Part shown: piece by piece, positions 39,524 to 49,240 of the stretch
How the letters are laid out: each line of letters starts with the position of its first letter
How positions within the stretch are numbered: position 1 is the stretch's first letter
Assembly: GCA_964570625.1 (NCBI GenBank)
Contig: CAZMYW010000006.1
Span: 420 to 64,419, forward strand
DNA: 64,000 nt
From: an uncultured Nitrospirota bacterium
GTDB lineage: Bacteria > Nitrospirota > Nitrospiria > 2-01-FULL-66-17
Direction of reading: 5' to 3'
Made by a program: the position numbers and the translations under genes
Notes under the pieces: model-generated
Told to the model about the DNA's origin: nothing
Databases searched by the model: none
The model's input: only the letters and a program-made list of their open reading frames with translations

Positions 39524-40270
39524 ATGACAACCCAAACCAAAAAAGTACTGGTCGGCGCGGCAATCGTCCTGATCGTCGCCCTCGTTGGCGGTGTCTGGTG
39601 GGTCTACCACTCGCTTGATCGGCTGGTGGCGTCCGCGATCCGCACGTTCGGCCCCGAGATCACCGGCGTCTCGATCTCCTTGGACCGGGTGAAGATCGAT
39701 GCGCTGGATGGTCACGCTGAGTTGTACGGCCTGGTGGTCGGCAATCCCAGAGGCTTTTCCACCGATCACGCACTCTCGCTCGGCGAAATTCGCATGACGC
39801 TCGACCTCGCGTCGCTGACCAAGGACGTGATCGTCATCAAGCAGATCGCGATCGTGAAGTCCGCCGTCACCTATGAGCTCGGCGCTGACGGCAGTAACCT
39901 GGGGGCAATCCAGCGCAACGTGGACCGCTACGTGGGGCGACCCCGCGCGGCCAACACGTCCCAACCGGAATCCGAGTCGGGCAAGAAACTCGTGATCGAA
40001 GATCTGACCATCAAGAACGCCACGGCCACGGTCAGCACCGCGGTCATGCGCGGCCCGCCCGTCTCAGTGCCGATCCCTGACTTGCATCTCCGAGATATCG
40101 GCAAACAATCCGGCGGCGCCACCGCCGGAGAAGCGGTCCAGCAGGTCCTGGCCGCCCTCACGCTGAGCGTGACCCAGGCGGTCGCGTCGCGAAACCTCGG
40201 GGGATTGATCGACACGCTGAAGAAAGATCCCGCTTCGGCCGTGGACACACTCAAAGGGTTGTTTCGATGA
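39524..40270 (+). CDS. Hypothetical membrane-anchored protein (DUF748/AsmA-like)
   Basis: It has an N-terminal TM anchor (VLVGAAIVLIVALVGGVWWVY) and a periplasmic beta-rich region. The family assignment is tentative. Confidence 0.5.
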   Translation: MTTQTKKVLVGAAIVLIVALVGGVWWVYHSLDRLVASAIRTFGPEITGVSISLDRVKIDALDGHAELYGLVVGNPRGFSTDHALSLGEIRMTLDLASLTKDVIVIKQIAIVKSAVTYELGADGSNLGAIQRNVDRYVGRPRAANTSQPESESGKKLVIEDLTIKNATATVSTAVMRGPPVSVPIPDLHLRDIGKQSGGATAGEAVQQVLAALTLSVTQAVASRNLGGLIDTLKKDPASAVDTLKGLFR

Positions 40271-40284
40271 CAGGGGATGCACAA

Positions 40285-40314
40285 CCTCGGGGTCAGACTT
40301 GACTCGTTGACTTT
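40285..40314 (+). repeat. Direct repeat B (CCTCGGGGTCAGACTTGACTCGTTGACTTT); possible promoter for tag
   Basis: 28 of 30 matches to the repeat at 39435-39467. Confidence 0.6.
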
Positions 40315-40377
40315 GCAATACCGCTCAGTGCTAACCTCACGCTCGACGCCGCTCCGGTGTTGGCCGGGCCTGCACGC

Positions 40378-40993
40378 CATGACCAAACGTCGCTTACGCC
40401 AACCATCCACACCGCTCTCCGCGGCCGTCACCCGATGCCCCTGGCCCACGCCCGGCGACGCGCTCTATTTGGCCTACCACGATCAGGAATGGGGCGTGCC
40501 GGTTCACGACGACCGCACGATCTTCGAGTTTCTGGTCCTCGAAGCCTTCCAAGCTGGGCTATCGTGGCGCACGATCCTACATAAGCGGGAGAATTTCCGG
40601 AAGGCATTCGCCGGATTCGATTACCGCAAGGTGGCGCGCTTCGGCCGTCGGGACGTAGCCCGCCTGCTCAAGGATGCGGGCATTGTCCGCAACCGCCTGA
40701 AGATCGAGGCCGCCATCACCAACGCCCAGCACTTCATCGAAGTGCGCGCGGAACATGGCACCTTCGCGGCCTATATGTGGTCGTGGGTGAAGGGCAAGCC
40801 GATCGTGCACCACTTCCGAACAATTAAGGATTATCCGACCGCTATCGACGAAGCCGTGGCATGGTCCAAGGACTTGAAGTGGCGCGGCTTTAAGTTTCTC
40901 GGTCCCACGGTGGTCTACGCCCACATGCAGGCCGTGGGTATGGTGAACGACCACACCGTCGATTGCTTCTGTCGCGTCACGCCCAGGAAATAA
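40378..40993 (+). CDS. tag: DNA-3-methyladenine glycosylase I
   Basis: The Tag signature is present (RCPWPTPGDALYLAYHDQEWGVP ... FEFLVLEAFQAGLSWRTIL). Confidence 0.85.
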
Positions 40994-41154
40994 CTCCACC
41001 CCCACAATGCGTTCAGCTCTGCCCCCGGTGGGATGCCCGGTTGACGGGTGCGGACGGCGCCTGCTATCGTGCGGCCATGTTGACGGAATCTCTGGATCTG
41101 CCCCATTAACACCCTGTGTCTCACCCGCGTGTGGTTCTCTGACACTGCGAAATC

Positions 41155-42297
41155 GTGAGAGTTCGCCGACTTATCATGTTGGTTGCGTGCGCCCTTCTCG
41201 TCTGGGAGAAGGCCCAGGCATCAGTTCCTCTGAATCTTGATGCAGGCCTCTTAAAAGCCGAGAGGTCCGGAATCGAAGCGATGGGCACACGCGACGACAC
41301 GGTTTGGATTCAAACTTCAGAAACCACGCTCAAAAACGTCATCGCGCTGCCGTTGCCACGGGATTTCTCGCCGCGTGCCTTCGAACTCCTCGATATTCGC
41401 ATGAAAACAGATGCGCGAGTACACGGCTTCTCCTTTCACTGGTTACAGACAGATCACAAGGGCTCAACAAAGTCGTTCGTGATTGAGCGACCGACGTACC
41501 GGGACGATCAATTCCATCGGTATTTGATCCGACTTGATCTCCACCCAGCGTGGACAGGATCAATCCAGGGGATTGGGCTCGGGTGGATTGGATCACACGC
41601 CTCCATTGAGATTGAGAGCGCGAAATTGGAGGCCATGACGTTTGTGGGTTGGATGACCTACGAATGGCTGCAGTTTTGGACTCCCGAGTTGCTGAGGCCC
41701 CTCAGCGTCCATGCAATCCCAGGACTTCGGGTCTTTGATCTGCCCTTTGCAAGTCTCTTGGCGGCGACGTGTCTGGGGGGTATGGCGATCGTTGTGTTGG
41801 TGAGACTTCGGCGATTGAGGGATCCGCGGCAGAGGTCGGCCGAGTGGTCGTCTCCTACCCTGGCCTCTCTATTGTTTGTTCTGCTAGTCGGGTGCTGGAT
41901 CATCTACGACCTTCGCGATGTGTATAGCCACCTCCAAACGCTGGACTCTGAGCGCCGTCATTTTCTCGCGAAGCCCGTCGGCACCCGGCATTACTTTGAG
42001 CTCGATGATCTCCAGGATTTCTTGGACGCCGTTGATCGACGGCTTCCCCAGGGAGAGTCGGTCGCGTTCTTCAGCAGCATGCCGCACGACATGCAGGCGC
42101 GCTATCGGTTGTATCCTCGACGGGTGATGCCGAGAGACCCTACCGCCCCCTCCGTCGTGGTGTTCCAAGATCCGACGATCACGTTTCGGAACGGGCATCT
42201 GTTCGAGGGCGGCATTCCCATGCAAGGGCAGTTTGAACGATTGTGGCAGTTTGGACCTTCCGCAGAAATTTTTCGAAAGATCGCAACGGACAATTGA
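41155..42297 (+). CDS. Hypothetical exported/membrane protein
   Basis: It has a signal peptide and a central TM segment. No family was recognised. Confidence 0.4.
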   Translation: MRVRRLIMLVACALLVWEKAQASVPLNLDAGLLKAERSGIEAMGTRDDTVWIQTSETTLKNVIALPLPRDFSPRAFELLDIRMKTDARVHGFSFHWLQTDHKGSTKSFVIERPTYRDDQFHRYLIRLDLHPAWTGSIQGIGLGWIGSHASIEIESAKLEAMTFVGWMTYEWLQFWTPELLRPLSVHAIPGLRVFDLPFASLLAATCLGGMAIVVLVRLRRLRDPRQRSAEWSSPTLASLLFVLLVGCWIIYDLRDVYSHLQTLDSERRHFLAKPVGTRHYFELDDLQDFLDAVDRRLPQGESVAFFSSMPHDMQARYRLYPRRVMPRDPTAPSVVVFQDPTITFRNGHLFEGGIPMQGQFERLWQFGPSAEIFRKIATDN

Positions 42298-42374
42298 GCA
42301 TGGACGGCCGTTTCCGATCGCCTCACTCCGTTCGGCCGGTTCGGTGACAATCCCTTCATCGTCAAGCACGTCCC

Positions 42375-43748
42375 ATGACTGAGATCGTTCAGACCATCCT
42401 CATTTTTGTCGGACTTTCCTTCTTGGGATACGCCCCTCTGCGCGGGTTCGTATCCACCGAGGTTCGAAGCGGCGAGCGCCTTCTCTTGGGCCTGTCGCTT
42501 GCGCTGGGGCTGACCCCGCTGGTTCTCTTCTTTTTGTTGCTGGCTGGCGGCCATCTTGGCCTGATTCCCGTCTGGCTGTTCGTCACCGGAGCCAGCCTTG
42601 GATTCGTTCTGTGGGTCGTTGACGCGTACCGCTCGGGGTGGAGCCGCCCGGAGTTGCCTGCGTCTCGACCGCTCACGCTCCGATCGACCGTTCAGATGGC
42701 GCTCGCTGGAATCATCACTGCCCTCCTGATCGAAAAACTGATCTTCGTGGCCGTTCAGGGATTTGCGTTTCCGACCTACTTTTGGGATGCCGTCGCCAAT
42801 TGGAATTATCGAGCGAAGATCTTACACGCCGTCGGACGTCTCGACTTGGATCCACACAGTGACGCCTTCCTGGGAGGAGGGTTGCCGCACTATCCGTTGG
42901 GGCCGTCCATCTTCCGGGCCTGGACGACCACGCTCATCGGGAGGTGGAGCGAGCCGGCCGTTGCCGCGCACTCGATCGCGACCTACGTCCTTCTGTTCGG
43001 GATCATCTGGATCCGGCTGTCAAAAAGGATCGGACGATGGTCCGGTTTCGTCTTTGCGTATCTCGCGATCAGCATTCCGCTGATGGCTTATCATGCCTAC
43101 GCGGGTTACGCCGATCTGTTGATCTCGTTCTTCTTTACTGCCTGCCTGATCTATGGCTACCAGTACCTCACCACCCGGGACACACTTTCGGGTCTGGTAT
43201 CGGCTCTGTTCCTCGCCAGCGCTCTGTTCACCAAGAACGAGGGGCTCGTCCTGATCCTCCCCGCGCTCGGGGTCACCGTCCTCGTGGTGTTCTGGTCGGG
43301 ACGAATGACCCTGAGATCTTCGGCCGCCTATTTCGGCATCGCGATCGGCTTACTCGTGCCTTGGATCGTGCTCAAGGCGTACTTTGGACTTCCCTATGCT
43401 CCGACGGACGCGAACGCGAGAATTGCGTTCCACATCGAGGGGCTGCAACAACTCTTCGGCGTCGTGTTCCTGCAAGGAAGTTTTAATCTGTTTGGCCTGT
43501 TCTTCGTGCTCACGATCCTGCTGTTTTCGTCGCTCTGGTGGAAAACGGACGTCGGATTTCTGGCCCTCCCAAACTTTCTCTTTATCGGAGCCGTCCTGGC
43601 AGTCTTCCTGTTCACCGGCAATTACGAATTTCTTGACAACCAAATGACGATCAACCGAACGCTGATGATCGCGATGCCGAGCTACATCTACTTAGTCGGC
43701 GTCTCGTTCGGCAGGAAATGGCCCGGTGCGAGTGGAACAACGGATTGA
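42375..43748 (+). CDS. Polytopic integral membrane protein, putative GT-C-type glycosyltransferase
   Basis: About 12 predicted TM helices. It is convergent with a polyprenol-phosphate GT2. Confidence 0.45.
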   Translation: MTEIVQTILIFVGLSFLGYAPLRGFVSTEVRSGERLLLGLSLALGLTPLVLFFLLLAGGHLGLIPVWLFVTGASLGFVLWVVDAYRSGWSRPELPASRPLTLRSTVQMALAGIITALLIEKLIFVAVQGFAFPTYFWDAVANWNYRAKILHAVGRLDLDPHSDAFLGGGLPHYPLGPSIFRAWTTTLIGRWSEPAVAAHSIATYVLLFGIIWIRLSKRIGRWSGFVFAYLAISIPLMAYHAYAGYADLLISFFFTACLIYGYQYLTTRDTLSGLVSALFLASALFTKNEGLVLILPALGVTVLVVFWSGRMTLRSSAAYFGIAIGLLVPWIVLKAYFGLPYAPTDANARIAFHIEGLQQLFGVVFLQGSFNLFGLFFVLTILLFSSLWWKTDVGFLALPNFLFIGAVLAVFLFTGNYEFLDNQMTINRTLMIAMPSYIYLVGVSFGRKWPGASGTTD

Positions 43749-43801
43749 CCCCACTCCCCCGCCACATCCGATCGCCGTAGGATCGGGGAGCAACAACCAG
43801 G

Positions 43802-44488
43802 TCAGTGCCGTTTTAGCCGGTACTTGAGGACGCACCACAGCGCCCAAACTCCGTCTTTCCACCCGATCTTTTTGCCCTCGGTGTAATCTCTCCCGCTGTA
43901 AGAAATGCCGATTTCATAAATTCGCCAACGTTTCCGCGCAACCTTTGCCGTAAACTCGGGCTCAAACCCGAACCGATCCTGCTCGAGCCTTAATCCGCGC
44001 AACACGTCGGTACGGAACATTTTGTAACACGTTTCCATATCGGTCAGATTGAGATTTGTGAGCATATTGGACAGTAGCGTCAAGAATTTGTTGCCCACGG
44101 AGTGCCAAAACAACAACACTCGATGCTCGTCGGCCGTCAGAAAACGAGACCCGTAGACCACGTCGGCGCGGCCGTCCAAGATTGGCTTGATGAGGCGATG
44201 ATATTCCTCGGGATTATACTCGGTATCCGCGTCCTGAATAACCACCACCTCTCCGGTAACCTTCTCAAATCCTGTCCGGAGCGCCGCGCCCTTCCCTCTA
44301 TTTTTGTCATGATAGAAGACCTGAACGTCCACGTCTGATATCGCTCGCAGGAGCTCTCTCGTTCCATCGGTCGAACCGTCATCGACGACAATGATCTCCT
44401 TCTCGATGGCGACTTTCTGCACGCGCCTGATGATTGCGACAACGGTCGGGGCTTCGTTAAAAACCGGTATGACAACCGATAGTTTCAT
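43802..44488 (-). CDS. GT2 polyprenol-phosphate sugar transferase (DPM1/ArnC-like)
   Basis: [16 protein letters not shown]...[10 protein letters not shown]...[14 protein letters not shown] match the family. Confidence 0.8.
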   Translation of the reverse strand: MKLSVVIPVFNEAPTVVAIIRRVQKVAIEKEIIVVDDGSTDGTRELLRAISDVDVQVFYHDKNRGKGAALRTGFEKVTGEVVVIQDADTEYNPEEYHRLIKPILDGRADVVYGSRFLTADEHRVLLFWHSVGNKFLTLLSNMLTNLNLTDMETCYKMFRTDVLRGLRLEQDRFGFEPEFTAKVARKRWRIYEIGISYSGRDYTEGKKIGWKDGVWALWCVLKYRLKRH

Positions 44489-44762
44489 CGAATCGCTCCC
44501 TCAACACAGGCGTCCTCGCACCTGTAAGGCCGGCTCGCCTTTCCAGGAGATCGATCTCTCAATACTTCCGCCTTAAAGGCCTGACTAACGATCTGCCGCT
44601 TGCCCATCGGACCCTCCTCGGAGGACATTATCCTCCTATCTGAGTGTCCACGAAAGAGACTTGATCGGGGACGTTATTTCGCCGGAGAGATTTCGCCATC
44701 TCCTGGACACGGCCTTGAAATTTCCCACGTCATTCTAGGACTCTACAGTAGGGATCACCGCG

Positions 44763-45080
44763 ATGAAACTGCTCGACATCATCTTTTCCGTCATAGTCAT
44801 CGCCTCGGTGGTGTTGTGCCACCAGATCATTACTCATTCCATTGCGAACCAGGACAACAAGATCGATTACGCCGAACTCAGCCATATCCAATACGGCCTG
44901 CTCAATATAGAAGCGTGGAAGGAACAAATTGCCCCCATTCTTGCCGGAGAGATTGACCGGCTGTATTTATCGAGGACGAATGAGCAGTTGCTCCGACAAC
45001 ACATCGAAGTGCTGTTGAACCGGCTGATTGATCAGATCGACAAGAAAATCAGGAAAGAGAACTCCGAAACGGTAGTTTAA
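44763..45080 (+). CDS. Small hypothetical membrane protein (noticeably lower GC than surroundings)
   Basis: One N-terminal TM helix. GC is about 50% compared with about 65% in the rest of the window. Confidence 0.4.
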   Translation: MKLLDIIFSVIVIASVVLCHQIITHSIANQDNKIDYAELSHIQYGLLNIEAWKEQIAPILAGEIDRLYLSRTNEQLLRQHIEVLLNRLIDQIDKKIRKENSETVV

Positions 45081-45161
45081 TCAATACAATAGCTTAAATC
45101 CTCGACAGATAAGTTTCCCGACGGCGATCGGCCATAGCTCCCCCGAATCCGCCTCTTCCCC

Positions 45162-45398
45162 TTACTCCGTTCCTTCGTTCCATCCAGTTAACCTCGCCCC
45201 GAACAGCACGACCGCCTGACGTTCCGCCTGCTCAACACTCCCGAACCAGTACTCCGCCAGTGGCGGCTCGTCCGGCGAGGCCAACAACTGCAGGCAGTAC
45301 GCGTCCACCTCGGCGTCGTAGAGTATAGCGAGCTCGGACACTTCGGGCAGCGGGTCTCCTGGCAAGAGACGCGCGGTTTTGAGCAAATCGTTCTCCAC
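45162..45398 (-). CDS. Hypothetical small protein
   Basis: ORF only; no recognised family. Confidence 0.25.
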   Translation of the reverse strand: MENDLLKTARLLPGDPLPEVSELAILYDAEVDAYCLQLLASPDEPPLAEYWFGSVEQAERQAVVLFGARLTGWNEGTE

Positions 45399-45411
45399 AA
45401 AAATTCTGACT

Positions 45412-46185
45412 CTATCTCGTCTCTCGCAATAGAAATTCGAGTACCGCCTGGTTAAACAGATCAGGTCTCCGTGCGAACACCCGATGGTCGGCGTTCGGGA
45501 TGATGCAGAGCTCCCCGCGTTTCAACAACTGAAACAGCTTGACGGTATGGTTGCCATCGACGAACTGCTCGTGATCGCCCGCCACGACCAACGTGGGCAC
45601 GGTGATCGAGGAGATCTCTTGTTCCGAGTAGTGAGGTGACGTGCGCCAGAGGGTGATGACCTTCTTGAAAAATTGGTTCCAGGACTCCGGCCCCTGCGGA
45701 GACAGGCGCTGATAAGACTCGACAATCTCCGGCGACCAACACCCGGTCTCCTCGGATTCGGTCGGTTTGTTCAGCCAGTTCCGAAAACCCGGGATCAACC
45801 CAGTCACATCGAAGTTTGCGCCCACCAGGATCTGCTTCTTGATCACGCCGGGATGGTGGATCGCGAGATGCAGGCCGATGATCCCCCCGTCGCTCCATCC
45901 GCACAGATCGGCGCTCTGAATCCCAAGGTGCTTGAGCAGTTCAAGCACATCCGAGGCCATCACGGCATAGCTGAACGGATCATCTGAGTCTGTGCTGCGA
46001 CCGTGGCCTCGGCTGTCCGGCATGATGAGCTGAAAGTGGCGGGCAAAGGGCTCCAGGTAGCCGGACCAGCATTCGGAAGACACGGTTCCCCCGTGGAGCA
46101 ATAACAACGGCGGTCCCGACCCCAGGGTCTCGTAGTACAGTTTGATGCCGTTCACCTCGGTGTACTGTCCTCTTCCTCGCTCCAC
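45412..46185 (-). CDS. Alpha/beta-hydrolase fold protein
   Basis: LLLLHGG and the nucleophile elbow-like GWSDGG are present. Confidence 0.75.
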   Translation of the reverse strand: MERGRGQYTEVNGIKLYYETLGSGPPLLLLHGGTVSSECWSGYLEPFARHFQLIMPDSRGHGRSTDSDDPFSYAVMASDVLELLKHLGIQSADLCGWSDGGIIGLHLAIHHPGVIKKQILVGANFDVTGLIPGFRNWLNKPTESEETGCWSPEIVESYQRLSPQGPESWNQFFKKVITLWRTSPHYSEQEISSITVPTLVVAGDHEQFVDGNHTVKLFQLLKRGELCIIPNADHRVFARRPDLFNQAVLEFLLRETR

Positions 46186-46299
46186 GCTCCCCTCTCACAC
46201 CTATCTTGGCGACAGCGTAACAGATCTGACCGCACAACTCATTCGGAAGCCGTGGTGTCAGCCTTGTGATTTGCGACTTTTCCGTGTTATAGCTCGCTC

Positions 46300-46740
46300 A
46301 TGAACGACGACTCGCTCCTCCAGGCTGGACCGGAGCACGACGGCCTGCGGCAACGCTCGATTGAGCTTCGTCATGCGCTCCTCTCCCTGCACAAGGTGCT
46401 GATCGACTCCGAACGCGCGAGTTTCGAAAAAACGATGGGTACGATCCAGTCGCCCAATCATTTCCTGCAGCTGCTCACCAGCGATCCGTGGTTCACCTGG
46501 CTGCAACCGCTGTCATCCCTCATTGTCTCCATGGATGAACAGTTGGACCAACAAGAGCCGTTGACGATCAAGGAATTGGACGCGTTGATCAGCCAGTCCG
46601 GTAGCCTGCTCGTCCCCCTGGAACAGGGCAACGGGTTTTCCGGGCACTACTTCGAGGCATTGCAACGCGATCCGCGGGTGGTGCTCGCACACGCGGAGGC
46701 GGTCAAATTCCTCGGCCTGAGGGAGCCCACCAAAGAATAG
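46300..46740 (+). CDS. Hypothetical protein
   Basis: ORF with plausible codon usage; no family recognised. Confidence 0.35.
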   Translation: MNDDSLLQAGPEHDGLRQRSIELRHALLSLHKVLIDSERASFEKTMGTIQSPNHFLQLLTSDPWFTWLQPLSSLIVSMDEQLDQQEPLTIKELDALISQSGSLLVPLEQGNGFSGHYFEALQRDPRVVLAHAEAVKFLGLREPTKE

Positions 46741-46872
46741 TTCGGGACGCAGAGCGACCGCCCCTCGCGTCAACACAGCACGACACAATCGATTGTCCTG
46801 GCAGGGGTACTCGGTTGGTGGGGGGCTGAAGCGCAAGGCCGACGCGGCAACGCTTCCGCGTCGGCTGCAGGA

Positions 46873-47496
46873 CTACTTGGTGCTGGCTGAATAGTACGGG
46901 TTGGTTCCGTCTGCGTGATCCGTCACGTCCAACACGTCTTTAATCTGCGGCACGGCTTTCTTGATCATCACCACGATGCCCTGTTTCAACGTGACGTCCG
47001 CCGAGCTGCAGCCTTGACAGCCTCCGCCGAGTTTGACGTACGCGATATCATCCTTGACGTCCACCAGCGTCACGTGGCCACCGTGGCCGGCCACTCCCGG
47101 GTTGATCTGTTCGTTGATGACTTTCAGCACCGCTTCCGCGAGCGGCCCGGTAGGCGGAGCGCCACCCATCCCGGGCAGCACCGGCGGCTTGTAGGGACTC
47201 TCGATCTTAAAACCGCTCCCGCTGGGCCCGCTGAGATAGTTGATCGTGGCCCCATCGAGAAACTTGAGCTGGTGCCGTTCGAGGAACACCTTGATGCCCT
47301 CGGAATCCACGATCACTTCGTTGCCGTCCGCGGTCGGTCGGTCGACCAGGCTGAGGGCGAATTGTTGGTTGGCGGTTCCCGCCTGTTTGACGATCAACCG
47401 GAGGCCATGGGCTTTCCGGCCCTCCATATTCATCGCGGCGAGCAGCTGCTCGCGCGCCGGAGGCGTAATGGTCAGGGTCAGCGTCTCTGTTAACAT
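46873..47496 (-). CDS. nfuA: Fe-S biogenesis protein NfuA-like (degenerate A-type carrier N-domain plus Nfu CxxC C-domain)
   Basis: N-terminal HesB/IscA-like region is present. The C-terminal Nfu domain carries GGGCQGCSSA. Confidence 0.75.
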   Translation of the reverse strand: MLTETLTLTITPPAREQLLAAMNMEGRKAHGLRLIVKQAGTANQQFALSLVDRPTADGNEVIVDSEGIKVFLERHQLKFLDGATINYLSGPSGSGFKIESPYKPPVLPGMGGAPPTGPLAEAVLKVINEQINPGVAGHGGHVTLVDVKDDIAYVKLGGGCQGCSSADVTLKQGIVVMIKKAVPQIKDVLDVTDHADGTNPYYSASTK

Positions 47497-47553
47497 CGGG
47501 CTCTCCGTGTAGGCGGGGATCGTACCACAAATTCTCCGCCGCCGCCTCGACCC

Positions 47554-48132
47554 TTGTTAACAATAGACAAATGGACAACGCCTCGCCCTCTCGCGCTGGG
47601 TTCCTCGTCACTACTTCCGCCGCTGCGACGCGAACGGATAGGTCATCTCTTGCGCATCCTGGCTAAGCACCCCGTCTTTGACAGATCCCCCTCCCCTGAC
47701 TACGCTTTCCACCTGTCACACCAAACCCTGACCGAGAGACCGAACGTGCAAAATCGGATCGTGCTTCACTATGGAGATGGTCGAATCGTCAAAGGCAACA
47801 CCGGTGATTTTTTCCCGGATAAACAATGGTTTCACGTCACCGACAAAACCACGGAAAAAGCGAATCGAGTCGACCTCTCGAAACTGAAAGGCATCTTCTT
47901 CGTCAAAGACTACGACGGGAATCCCGAGTATCAGGAGCGGAATGACGTGGAGCGCACGGGGCTGGGAAAGAAAGTGAAGGTCTGTTTCAAAGACGGTGAG
48001 GCGATCGTGGGCTACACCCCGGGATTTTCTCCCAACAAGGCGGGGTTTTTTCTCTTTCCTTCGGACCCCAAGAGTAATACGGAAAAGATTTACGTGGTGA
48101 ACGCCGCCACGGAAGAGATTACGTTCGTGTGA
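47554..48132 (+). CDS. Hypothetical protein with an internal tandem duplication of a ~70-aa domain
   Basis: DGRIVKGNTGDFFPDKQWFHVT and DGEAIVGYTPGFSPNKAGFFLFPS are repeat halves. The true start is probably internal (GTG near 47752). Confidence 0.4.
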   Translation: MLTIDKWTTPRPLALGSSSLLPPLRRERIGHLLRILAKHPVFDRSPSPDYAFHLSHQTLTERPNVQNRIVLHYGDGRIVKGNTGDFFPDKQWFHVTDKTTEKANRVDLSKLKGIFFVKDYDGNPEYQERNDVERTGLGKKVKVCFKDGEAIVGYTPGFSPNKAGFFLFPSDPKSNTEKIYVVNAATEEITFV

Positions 48133-48294
48133 CCTGAGTCATCACAGCCGACGTCAGTTAGGCTTCGAGCGCGCCATTCGCTCGGGCCGTCGCAGATCGA
48201 CCTGCGGCACCACCCCCTGCAATAGCCCCCACACCGGAATATAATAGACTCGTCCGGCCCCAGGTGAGTATCTCACCCTGACACCGAGTTCACG

Positions 48295-49182
48295 ATGGCT
48301 GACACCAAGAAACGGTTGGCAACCAACGTCGCGGGAAACTTTTTCGTCGACGCCACGTGTATCAACTGCGATACCTGTCGGCAACTCGCCCCGACGAATT
48401 TCCAGGAGGTGGGTGAGTATTCGGCCGTCAGTCAACAGCCGCAAGGACACGTAGAATTGCATCAGGCGTATCAAGCGCTGTTAGCCTGCCCGGTGGGCTC
48501 GATCGGCACCGCCCACAGCGACAAAGCGCTTCTTCAGGACGCGATGGCGAGTTTCCCGCTCCATCTGGACGGCGGAGTGTTCTTCTGCGGATTCAACTCG
48601 GAAAAATCCTTCGGCGGCAGCAGCTATTTCATCCGGCATCCGGGCGGCAACTGGCTGATCGATTCACCGCGCTACATCAACTATCTGGTCCGCGCGTTCG
48701 AGGCGCAGGGCGGCATTCGCTATATCTTCCTCACCCATGAGGACGACGTGGCCGACTCCTCGCGGTATGCGAAGCACTTCGGCGCCACCAGGATCATCCA
48801 CCACGCCGACGCAGCCGCTGCTCCCGACGCGGAGTGGATCGTGGAGGGCGACGACCTCGTCGCGGCCTCGGAATCGTTTCGCATCATCCCCGTGCCCGGG
48901 CACACCAAAGGGAGCATCGCGCTCCTGTATGACGACCGATTCCTGTTCTCAGGTGACCATCTGTGGTGGGACCGTGACCTCAGCGGCCTGGGCGCTCTGG
49001 AACATTTAGCTTGGAACAAGACACTCCTACTGAAGTCGGTGGCTGCATTGCTCGGCTACCGCTTCGAATGGGTACTCCCTGGCCACGGCGACCGTATCCA
49101 TCTACCCGCCACCGAAATGAAGACCCATCTGGAACGCCTGCTGGAGCGCAGGAGAACCGCCCGAGTCGGAATGAACCATTGA
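48295..49182 (+). CDS. Ferredoxin-like Cys motif fused to an MBL-fold metallo-hydrolase
   Basis: N-terminal FVDATCINCDTCRQLAP is ferredoxin-like. The MBL-fold region is LTHEDDVADSSRY ... HH ... PGHTKGS. Confidence 0.65.
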   Translation: MADTKKRLATNVAGNFFVDATCINCDTCRQLAPTNFQEVGEYSAVSQQPQGHVELHQAYQALLACPVGSIGTAHSDKALLQDAMASFPLHLDGGVFFCGFNSEKSFGGSSYFIRHPGGNWLIDSPRYINYLVRAFEAQGGIRYIFLTHEDDVADSSRYAKHFGATRIIHHADAAAAPDAEWIVEGDDLVAASESFRIIPVPGHTKGSIALLYDDRFLFSGDHLWWDRDLSGLGALEHLAWNKTLLLKSVAALLGYRFEWVLPGHGDRIHLPATEMKTHLERLLERRRTARVGMNH

Positions 49183-49240
49183 ATCCGACAACCCCGCTTG
49201 TTGACGCGCCAACCATCGCAAGGATCCGTGACCTGAACCG

